Shown piece after piece: positions 1-9,436 of a stretch of 64,000 nt of DNA. The notes beneath the pieces are model-generated. The model was not told the DNA's origin, did no database searches, and was given only the letters and a program-made list of their open reading frames with translations. The position numbers were made by a program, and so were the translations under genes. The stretch's first letter is position 1; each line of letters begins with the position of its first letter. The stretch is from contig SMSO01000035.1 of the NCBI GenBank assembly GCA_004764695.1, positions 1,922,001 through 1,986,000 of the forward strand, read 5' to 3'. Origin of the DNA: Schizochytrium sp. TIO01. Lineage: Eukaryota; Protista; Bigyra: Labyrinthulomycetes.

Positions 1-295
1 ATCCGTTTCTCGGAAAGGCTTACTCCTAAGTAACATCATCTCAGGGTACTGAAGCAGAAAGACATGATTTTGCAAACGCTAATCCCAAAGCTTATTTTAT
101 AAGCATAATCGAAAACAAATAAAAAGTCAGCATATGAGGCTTTCATTCGAAAAAAGCCTTTATCAGATATTTACAAGATCTAGACGATATTGATATAGAT
201 TATACTTAGGAATATCTATGAACTGGAAATTGGGACACTGCCCTTTGTAGGCCCAAAACTGCAATATAGTATATGGGACTTCACTCAGATATTAC

Positions 296-2542
296 TTAAC
301 GGCATACAGATGCCACAGTCTCAAGACAACGGTCCCGAAGGACTGGGAGAATCTTGGGAGCGTTCACAACGACATCACCGAGCAGTGGAGTCTGGTGCAC
401 TTGAAGTAGAGGATAGCGCCGGCAAGCATCCTTGATGATCTCAGCAATATCTCCACCTTCGCCTGCATGTCGACCAGGCGCCAGAAAGGCCATCGCAAGA
501 ATAACAGGTCCCTCGTGAAGGCCACCCTGATCGAAAACATTTTCCAAGAGCGGGTCATTAAATGCAAAAGCAGGTCCGTTGCGACGTTCCATACTGCAAT
601 CAACAACGCAAGATGCGTCGCTTCCAAGGCGTCGTCTCATCTGAGCTGCAAGCGCGCGGCGTGTTCTGTTAACTGCTCGACTAGGCGACCCGTGGTCCAC
701 CAGCAACACACGCACAGGCAACTGCAAATTCTCTTGCTCTGCTACTTTGCGCACGCTATCTACTAGAATCTCTGCGATTCTTCCATCACGATTCACTAAT
801 GGAGCTGCCACAGCCCAATCCTCGCCTTCGTGGCCACCGAGATGTTGCTTTAGCATGCCGGGAACGAAGTCCGTGACCGTTTTACTCGGGCCGAGGAAGA
901 ACGGTACAGCCAGGACCCGTGGGACTTCTTCACCTTTAGCCTCTGCTGCTTCCATCAACGAATTCAGTGTGGGCTCGAGAGTCTTTGCTTGAACTCCATC
1001 CAGCTCACTCGCGTCAATCCGGTCGCTGTATCGTGCGGAAACAGCAAGGACCTCAACGTTATCGAATCCGCTACGCTGTAACTCTGCCTCAAGGTTGCCT
1101 GCATGGACCCGTAGCTGCTTGAACGATGCTGCCCTCAAGCTGCCATTATCGATCAAAAAACACTTCGTAGGTTGCGTGGACCCAGAAGTGAGCCAAGGCT
1201 GGCGAGGTTGGCGAGGAATGAATGAACCTAAGCCAATGTGGCGAAGACCTGCTGCTAGCGTGGGTGCCCAAGGACTGCTCCAAATCATGGCATGAAGAGG
1301 ATTAAGGACCTTCTGCCAAAGGAGTTTCACTGAGAGCAAGAGGAGGCTTCGCGCCTGTTCAAGAAGCCAATCAGTCGTAGACTTCTCAGCCCGAGGCCGT
1401 GGACGGACCTGGGGTCTCGTGAGGCTAGCACTACCCTTTGCACTTGGCGCAGCCTGTTGAGAGTGCTGTTGTTGCTGCTGCTGGGAAGACAAATTCGAAG
1501 GATCGGAGCTTTGGACGGGTGATGCAGGCCTCTCGTCATCTGGAATATCATCTTCAATTATTGTCCAGCCAGCTGCAAGCTCTTCTTCCACTTGAGCAGT
1601 CAAACCTTCACGGTAGGTCTTGTACTTGAGATCATAGCCAAGTTCCTCTTTAAGCCGTTTGTTGGAGACACGCTTGCTCTCAGCATAGAATCCCCTACGG
1701 AACGGACTTAGGGTATCCTTAATATCTTCGTAGTTTTGCTTTGTAAGTTTCCGAACACCCAAAAGCTCACAGCTGTAGTCCACAATGATATCATTCTGTT
1801 CAGGCTCGTCGTCAACAACATTGTACGCACGGCCAGGGTTGGGCTTTGACATAGACAACTCGAGGGCCCCAACTACATCGTCTACATGAATTCGTGAAAA
1901 TACTTGGCCTTCTTTGACAATGCATGTAGTTTCACCTCGACGAATGCGTGCAACAGGCCCACGGCCTGGCCCATAGATACCCGGTAGACGGAAGATGTGC
2001 GCGGGGAGCGCAGAGACGAGAAACGAGCGTTCTGTATCAGCACGCAACTTCCCACGACTCAATGTGGGCGCAACTGGCATGCTCTCATCAACCCAAGCGC
2101 CACCATGGTTGCCGTAGACCGAGGTAGTCGAGAGGTAGCCTACCCAATCAATCTCGCCTTCTTCGGCAAGTTCCGTGAGAGCTTGCGAGAGCACCGGATC
2201 ACCTAGAAAGGGGTCTTTCTTTGTAGTCTTGTTTACTGGCGCAGTGAACAGAAAGTTATCATACTTGCGAAGCCACACCTTGCAAGCTTCTACGTCCAGC
2301 TCTGATCCCTCGGGAAATGGAAATTGCGTCACCTCAACATCGTTACAGAGGTCCTTAGCCGGAGAGAACTCCGCAAAGTCATCGTCCTCTTCCTTGAGAA
2401 TTTCGCGAACTGTACCTGCGACCTTCCAGCCATCCTGGACAAGCTTATTGGCAAGCCGTGTTCCAACGTAGCCAAGCCCGAAGATGAATAATGACTTCGT
2501 TTGTCTCGCACCTGAAGAAGATCGTGTCGAGTTTTCAGTCAT
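296..2542 (-). CDS. Fusion protein: N-terminal atypical SDR / NAD-dependent epimerase (YeeZ-like) plus C-terminal CbiX/SirB-family sirohydrochlorin chelatase-like domain
   Basis: 748-aa intronless ATG ORF. N-half has the Rossmann motif IFGLGYVG, YLSTTSVYG, FRLPGIYGPGR, FSRIHVDD and SKRVSN. A poly-Q/S linker follows. C-half has two chelatase-like halves: LIDNGSLR...VPFFLGPS and LVDHGSP...AFLAPGRHAG. Confidence 0.85.
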   Translation of the reverse strand: MTENSTRSSSGARQTKSLFIFGLGYVGTRLANKLVQDGWKVAGTVREILKEEDDDFAEFSPAKDLCNDVEVTQFPFPEGSELDVEACKVWLRKYDNFLFTAPVNKTTKKDPFLGDPVLSQALTELAEEGEIDWVGYLSTTSVYGNHGGAWVDESMPVAPTLSRGKLRADTERSFLVSALPAHIFRLPGIYGPGRGPVARIRRGETTCIVKEGQVFSRIHVDDVVGALELSMSKPNPGRAYNVVDDEPEQNDIIVDYSCELLGVRKLTKQNYEDIKDTLSPFRRGFYAESKRVSNKRLKEELGYDLKYKTYREGLTAQVEEELAAGWTIIEDDIPDDERPASPVQSSDPSNLSSQQQQQQHSQQAAPSAKGSASLTRPQVRPRPRAEKSTTDWLLEQARSLLLLSVKLLWQKVLNPLHAMIWSSPWAPTLAAGLRHIGLGSFIPRQPRQPWLTSGSTQPTKCFLIDNGSLRAASFKQLRVHAGNLEAELQRSGFDNVEVLAVSARYSDRIDASELDGVQAKTLEPTLNSLMEAAEAKGEEVPRVLAVPFFLGPSKTVTDFVPGMLKQHLGGHEGEDWAVAAPLVNRDGRIAEILVDSVRKVAEQENLQLPVRVLLVDHGSPSRAVNRTRRALAAQMRRRLGSDASCVVDCSMERRNGPAFAFNDPLLENVFDQGGLHEGPVILAMAFLAPGRHAGEGGDIAEIIKDACRRYPLLQVHQTPLLGDVVVNAPKILPVLRDRCLETVASVCR

Positions 2543-5500
2543 GGTGTTTCTACAGAGATTACCTTCTGAGAATTATATAGTAACCAATGGTACTTTTTTT
2601 TTGTCTTAATCGCGCCTTTTGGAGTTGTGATTGATGCCTTGGCTTCGCCTTGCAATCCTGAGGATTAAATCTAGTTTCGCCGCGTCAACTTGATGTCAGC
2701 ACAAGGAATCGCAACTATAGCCGGGGGCCAGTGCAGAATAGCACTACAATTAGATCTTTGATTCTAAGAACGCCAATTTATCCAAGAGGGGCTTGGATAT
2801 CCACAGTTGATTTGCTGTTGTGCTTGGAGGAGCTCAAGACACAGCCATGCAAAACAATTGAACGAAATGCTTTGGATCGGCACTGGTCAACTACGTGCCA
2901 GAATCTATTACTCACAATCTACGGTCAACAAGCTCCCACGAATCCAGGCGAGGGTGTCAAACCAAATGGGTCCCTCTGAGACCTCACAAAGGCCCGTCGG
3001 ACTCGAGGTTTGCCGCGAAGTTTCCTCGCGTCTGGGCTATTGCGTATGGCTTCGCCCCACAAAAAAATCTTTTACTCTTACAAAAATCTTATTTTAAAAA
3101 CAAAGTACTTGCTTGATTAGCTATTTATTAGTCCTTAATTCTCTACCTACTACCATGGTAGTCTTCGCATGTAACTTATTTAATCTTAATTTATTTTTTT
3201 CAAGCGAAGCTTCTTGATGTTTTACATTCATGGTATAGTATCAAGAATGATGCTGCACAAGACAGGAGGCGAACAAAACCCTGGAGGTAGTGAAAACGAA
3301 TAGAAGCTTTGTATAAACTTATATTGGTCGATCAACCATGCCTGATATGGTCGAATTGCTAAATTCATTAAATGAGCAGCTAGAATGCCTTGACATGGAG
3401 TTCCAGTAGGAATATGGCAAAAGTCTTAATGTCATGATTCAGATGAGTGCTTGGTTACGTAGTAAGTAAATTAGCACAGGTATCATAAGTTCGCATTTAA
3501 TTACCAGTTTGATGATGGTGGTATCCCCTTTATTGAAACAACTTTGGTCAAACTTGCTTTTCCGAAATTTACGAAATCCTCTGGAGTGTGCCTGCGTGTA
3601 TCAGGCTATGCATAACATATTATAGAGCGACCATGCTAAATTGCAAATGTGTCACTCTGGCACCCGGATGTCGCCGTGCGCTGATACAATTATAGACGAT
3701 GATAAACCCTGATTATAGAAGCAAAGCTCTAGAAATATGTTATCATTATCAAGTCTATTGCTAGGCGATTGCGAGACGACAATCGTCCGCCCATTGTGAG
3801 GGTTAATACATTCAATGGAGGATGCCGCAAAATATTCGTCAGTCTTTAACGTGTCTATTCTTGCTTTCGCAATCTCTACTAGAATTCTTTCATTATGGAT
3901 CCACCCATTGATGAGACTTGCTTATGTTTAGTATTTCACACTTAACCAGATGATGTGGAGACCTTCTACTCATACGCGATAGGAAAATAGAAATGCTTTC
4001 TACCTTTCTACAATTGCGCAAGCTTGTACCATTGCCAGCAACACTAATCTATAGAGAAGTGTTTTGCATTCTGGTGGTGGTACTGGGTAATGTATATGTA
4101 GTTGACTAGTTGCGTCTTTCTACTAGTTTGTAAAATTTTCAATCTTGATTAGAAAAAGAAAATTATTGGAATATCAGAAGAAGTCTCTGATTTCCTTCTT
4201 CTAGAATTCATTCTAAATTAATAGACTAAGCAATGAATCTGTATCTGGCGAAGACCTCATGATTCAACTTACGACAGCAACAGCGTGGATAAGTAAGTAT
4301 CTTAACTTATCCTAACTTATAAGTTTGCTGTTTGCTCCTAAAGCATCTGATCTTCTGATGTAGGAGCAAGCAATTAGCAAGGATGATAGAAATTATATTA
4401 AACAATACAATAGTCATTCTGCTCATTTCCAGATGCAAGCTCCTCCCCATTTGCTGAATGGGGGGTGAGAGAGGGGGACGATGAGGGGCTAAATTGAAAT
4501 CCGCTTTTTAAACCTCCATTTTCTCCTTTTGCTGTACATTAAGCATATATGCTGAGCCTTTGTTAAAAATATATAAAATAATAATAATAAATATATAAAT
4601 GTAAACCAGTTCCATAATACAAACCACGACGATCATATCCCGAGAGCCATCACCCTCTTTAAATTTAAGTTGGTGTGGAAGCACATCACTCCTTACCATG
4701 CAAGGTAGATGTCACAGATAGACCTATGTTCTATCAACAAGGTGATTCTTGATTTTTGACCCTTTTTTTTAGTCTTTACAACGCATAGGTTACTATGTTA
4801 CTAGGCGATTGCAAGTTCGTCAGGAAAGCATTACTGGCTGGCTAAATTTCTTCCATGGAAGAATACAACAGCATCTCAAGCCATCGCCTCGAAGCGCTCC
4901 ACTTTCAATATGCGCATTGATCCAAGATGCCAAAGTAGAGGCGTTGCCTACTACTTTCATAGTACTCATAGCAAATGTAAGAACACTCTGATGGAAAGCG
5001 AAGAGAAGTGATGAATGCATCATCCAAACTACATGCTGGGCAAACTATTATATGAAATTTCCTTGAGTGCAGAACCTCCTTAAAATAAAATTAAAAAGGT
5101 TGAACTTAATGAGGCGCAAGTAATTGCTCGGTGAAGGTGGCAAAGGTCACGAGGAGGCGTCTACTGGCGCCACCACTGTTTGTCGATCTCAAAGATGTTG
5201 CCCCAGGAAGCGGCACGAGTCCGAATATTAGGAAATTCACATCCTCCTCAACCTCGGATGAAGTTATTTATGCCCTCGAACTAAATCATTTAGAATTGGT
5301 GGCCTGGTTTGCATGCTTTCTAATCAGCAATTTGGCAGAATAACACATCGTTTAAAAACGAAAATTTCAGAAAAGAGTTTAGAGTTTTGTGTTATCTTTT
5401 TGTGCAAGGTCTGTGGCGATGAAGACGTTCATACGTGCTCCTTATTATTTTTCCTGGTAGAGTATTTTAGTACCGAATTAAAACTGGAGTCAATCGCCAG

Positions 5501-6328
5501 AGACAAGATATCGTTTCAACTTTGAGTTCCAGTCAGAAACATCTACACGACACAAGTTTAGCATGCACATATTAGCGCGGAGGGCAGGGGGCACTCTGTG
5601 CGGTCTCCCACACTCAGTCCAACTGAATACCATCCGCCGAAGTATGGAAGTTGGAAGCACACTTCAAAACAATCCTGCACTGCCCCCCCAAAATGTTTCC
5701 GTTGACAGATCTCAAGCGCGGACCTCCAGCAAGAAGACTTTAACACAGAATGAGAGGAATGATTGAGAGTAGAAGGAAGGTTTGACGAAATATAAATGTC
5801 CAGAGCTATCTGCTTAGTACAGGTCAGTAGGACTCATTCGCGTGGTTTATAGTTACTTAATGCTAAGTACGTGAATATTGTCTCTAAGTGAACTGGGAGC
5901 ATTTCTTCAATAGCAATTCCCTGTTGTAAAGCAGGCAGTGCTTGCGGGCGCGCTCGAACGCGCTTGCTCGCAGTGGGTGACGTTGACATACGATCTTGTC
6001 GTGTGCATAACGTGCATGATCTCCCAGGTAGCGGGTTAAGGGGAACGCGTGTGGCTATCGTTGCGGATCGCAAGGTATAGGTTCTAAGCGGCAAGGGTGC
6101 TGCTGCAAGGTCCAAGATTCTTGTGTGCATTTCGCAGTGGTGAAAAGTAGTCATCAAAGCTCGTACATATCTCGTGTCGCAACTTTGAGCAAGTTTTACT
6201 AAGTTTGAGACTACCCACGCACGTCGTAGGAAAGCAAGCTTTTGTAGAAATCCTTACTTGCTGAATTTAATACTTTTTTGGAGGCCTTTTCAGGGTCACA
6301 GGAGTATACAAACCAATTATCTTCTACC

Positions 6329-9049
6329 ATGGGTGGTGGCGCGTCAAAAAAATCCACGGACAGCGAAGGTGGCGTGGGAGAGGAGCCCTTCTCACCGGCC
6401 AGTGAGGAGCATCATGAAGCTGTCCACAAGAGCTTCAAAGTCAAGAAGACCTCGAGCACCAATATTGTGACTGGTGAAAGTAAGCATGAAGACGAGCCGG
6501 TCCCGAGTAGCCGCAGCACAAAGGATGTTGACGTTACAGACGAGGAAAAGGCAAGCGATAAGATCCAAGAACAAATGGATGAGAAAGACCGGATAATCCA
6601 CGAAGAGAAAAGTAGCGACAAACTTAACTTTGGTAATATGGGTATCAGGCGTGACGAGGAGAGCAAGCGCTTCCGTGAAAAGAAGAAGGGTTTCACAGGT
6701 TTCCGAGCAGAGCTTGATGGAGATGATATAGGTAGCGGTCTTCGCACGAGTGGCATTCGTATAATTGGAGAGCAACGAAAAACTGATGAAGACAAGGCAA
6801 AAGCTCTTCAGCAACTTGAAGGGTTCCCACTTTTTGAAGAAGAGGTATGTGATGACCTTTTTGAAAGCATGTCTGAAGCTACATGCGCTGCTGGCAATGA
6901 TATCTTCGTAAAGGACCTGCCATTCCTGTACTTTGTTCTTCTCATTGATGGTGAGATGCACCTTGAGGGTGAGAGTGTGAAATTCGGAAACGAACAAGCC
7001 CTACTAGGGCCCGGACAGTGCATCGGCACGCTTCGCGCTATACAAGATTGTCGTCTCTGGGTAATTTCTCGTCTGCAGTATCAAAAGGTCACCGTGGAGG
7101 CCCTTAAGCGCAAGCTTGAGCGTGGCGGATCACTTCTCGAAAATATCACGGAGATCCCGGGCCTCAAGGAGCTTCCTAGAGAAACTCGTGAAGCAATCGC
7201 TGCAGCATTGAAGCCCATCACATTTGTCAAAGGTGAATACCTCATGCGACAGGGTGAGCAAGGTCACACCATGTACTTTATTGAGGAGGGCGAGGTCATC
7301 ATTACACAGTCGAACAATCGACACACGAAGATGGGCACTGCTACGCCCAATGCACCAGCAGTAGTTGCTCGTCGAACACGTGGCGAGTACATTGGAGAGG
7401 GTGCTCTTCTGGACGACGGCTCAGAAAATACTGGTTCTAAGTTTGGTGTACGCAACGCTAACGCAATTGCTGATTCTGATGTCGTTAAATGTCTCGCACT
7501 AGGACGCCACGAATTTCAGGAGTACATGGGTTCTCTTCGTGAACTTTTTGAACACAACTTGTGCTACCGTGTGCTTAAGAGCCTTGATCTTACTAAGGAC
7601 TTGGATGACTCGCAGCTGTCGGTGATTGTTTCGACCCTTGAAGAAGTTGAGTTTGATCCTGGTGAATACATTGTTCATCAGGGCGAGATTGGAGATATCT
7701 TTTACATTGTGAAGGATGGCACCCTTGATTGCACTTTGAGCGAAGAAGGGTCAAGCGAAACGAAGCGAATTGGAACCCTTATCAGCGGAGATTACTTTGG
7801 CGAGGGAGCATTGCTTACAAACGCTCCGCGTCGCTGCAATGTTTGCGCTGTGGGTCCAGGTAAAACTAAGGTATGGGGTCTTAAGCGCTCTAATTTCGAG
7901 AATTTTCTCTCGGAGGGTCTTAAGCAAAAGCTTGGGGACACCTTCATGCACCGTAAAACAGCCAAGGAAAATAAGAAGCAACAATTGCCTTGGGAAAATA
8001 TGCAAAAGATTCGCACTCTTGGTAGCGGTTCTTACGGCACCGTGGACCTGGTGCGTGACCGTGTCACTGGTGAGACATACGCTCTGAAGCGTATTCGTAA
8101 GGCAACGGTAGTTGCCAAGAAGCAACAACGCTTTATCAAGAACGAGCGTGAACTTATGTCAGCTACCCATTCACCCTTCCTGGTTAATCTCATCTGTACA
8201 TATAACAAAGGCGACTCTGTGTACATGTTGACTGAGGTATGCTTGGGAGGAGAGCTGTATTCACTTATGAAAGACACCGTGGATGCGCGCAATGCAGACC
8301 TCGAAGACGATGATGACATTATTTGCGGATGTTTCGAGCTGGAATCTCAGTGTCGATTCTACACAGCCTGTATCGTGCTTGCTATTGAGTACTTGCATTC
8401 TCAAGGTATTATTCATCGTGACATGAAACCCGAGAATCTGCTACTTGATGAAACGGGCTACCTCAAGCTGGCGGATTTTGGCTTTGCCAAGATGGTGCAT
8501 GATCAGCGCACATATTCGCTATGTGGCACGCCTGAGTATACTGCTCCAGAGGTTTACAAGCGCAGCGGTCACTCCAAGGGTGTTGATTGGTGGAGCCTTG
8601 GCGTGATTGTTTATGAAATGGCCTCAGGCTTCTCCCCATTTCATGTTGTGTCTCAGAACTCGTGGGATTGCTACATCGAAATATCCAAGTACGAAAAATA
8701 TTATCCCTCCATTCAGTTCCCTCCTCTGTTTGGTCCAGAACTCTGCTCTCTACTACTTCGTCTACTTTGTCCGTCACCAAGTAAACGTTACGGTACCCGG
8801 AAGGCAAATGCTTCTCACGTTAAGGAGCATCCCTTTTTCGGTGTAACAGACGAATTTACCTTCGCAATGGACTGGCAAAAGCTGGAGAGTCGCACATTCG
8901 TACTTGACGAGCAATTCAGACCTCGTATGCCAGAATCTGGCCTAGATGCAAACAACTTCGAAGTCTGTGATGATCGTCACGAGGAGGACGAGAAATTTGT
9001 AGATGAATCAATGATGGAGAGTGGAGGTACTTGGTACAACGATTTTTAG
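6329..9049 (+). CDS. Cyclic-nucleotide-dependent protein kinase, protist PKG-like (3 cNMP-binding domains + AGC kinase), N-myristoylation signal
   Basis: First in-frame ATG is 6329 (MGGGASKK), 906 aa; the track start at 6278 is TTG. cNMP domains: one degenerate, then RQGEQGHTMYFIEEGEV..GEGALL and HQGEIGDIFYIVKDG..FGEGALL. Kinase motifs GSGSYG, YALK, HRDMKPEN, DFG, LCGTPEY, DWWSLG. C-terminus WYNDF resembles PKG tails. Confidence 0.88.
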   Translation: MGGGASKKSTDSEGGVGEEPFSPASEEHHEAVHKSFKVKKTSSTNIVTGESKHEDEPVPSSRSTKDVDVTDEEKASDKIQEQMDEKDRIIHEEKSSDKLNFGNMGIRRDEESKRFREKKKGFTGFRAELDGDDIGSGLRTSGIRIIGEQRKTDEDKAKALQQLEGFPLFEEEVCDDLFESMSEATCAAGNDIFVKDLPFLYFVLLIDGEMHLEGESVKFGNEQALLGPGQCIGTLRAIQDCRLWVISRLQYQKVTVEALKRKLERGGSLLENITEIPGLKELPRETREAIAAALKPITFVKGEYLMRQGEQGHTMYFIEEGEVIITQSNNRHTKMGTATPNAPAVVARRTRGEYIGEGALLDDGSENTGSKFGVRNANAIADSDVVKCLALGRHEFQEYMGSLRELFEHNLCYRVLKSLDLTKDLDDSQLSVIVSTLEEVEFDPGEYIVHQGEIGDIFYIVKDGTLDCTLSEEGSSETKRIGTLISGDYFGEGALLTNAPRRCNVCAVGPGKTKVWGLKRSNFENFLSEGLKQKLGDTFMHRKTAKENKKQQLPWENMQKIRTLGSGSYGTVDLVRDRVTGETYALKRIRKATVVAKKQQRFIKNERELMSATHSPFLVNLICTYNKGDSVYMLTEVCLGGELYSLMKDTVDARNADLEDDDDIICGCFELESQCRFYTACIVLAIEYLHSQGIIHRDMKPENLLLDETGYLKLADFGFAKMVHDQRTYSLCGTPEYTAPEVYKRSGHSKGVDWWSLGVIVYEMASGFSPFHVVSQNSWDCYIEISKYEKYYPSIQFPPLFGPELCSLLLRLLCPSPSKRYGTRKANASHVKEHPFFGVTDEFTFAMDWQKLESRTFVLDEQFRPRMPESGLDANNFEVCDDRHEEDEKFVDESMMESGGTWYNDF

Positions 9050-9436
9050 AAATAATCATGATAAGACAATACTTTAAGTTGATGACATCGAGTGATTTTC
9101 CCAAGTGAAATGCATCGAATGATACTAGTACACTATTATCTCTCCATTAAGAACTAATACGAACGAGATGGTCAATATAGATAGTTCGGAAATGTGATTT
9201 CTAGTAAAATATCATAATTATTTGAATTTAGAAAACGTGTTTTCACGACCATTGCATTTCATTTATAATCCATTCTGCACACCCTAGTCGACTCTATTAG
9301 TTTCCAAAAACAAAAATTTGTAGATGAAGCCTTTGCATCTTCTATTTGAAGCGAGTGAATTAACGTATCAGGAATAAAAAATAAAACTCATGCTTTGTAG
9401 TTATATGCCACAGATTTGCAGCTAATTCACGCTTTT

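Noticed and set aside
2543-6300. Short ORFs between the SDR-CbiX gene and the kinase
   Set aside because: I found no motifs or consistent exon chain, so I treated the region as intergenic, possibly with decayed fragments.
6278-6328. GTG/TTG starts in the ORF track (6278, 12433, 18048, 32003, 46079, 48916, 52938, 60959)
   Set aside because: The genome is eukaryotic. Downstream ATGs give sensible N-termini such as myristoylation and flavinylation motifs.
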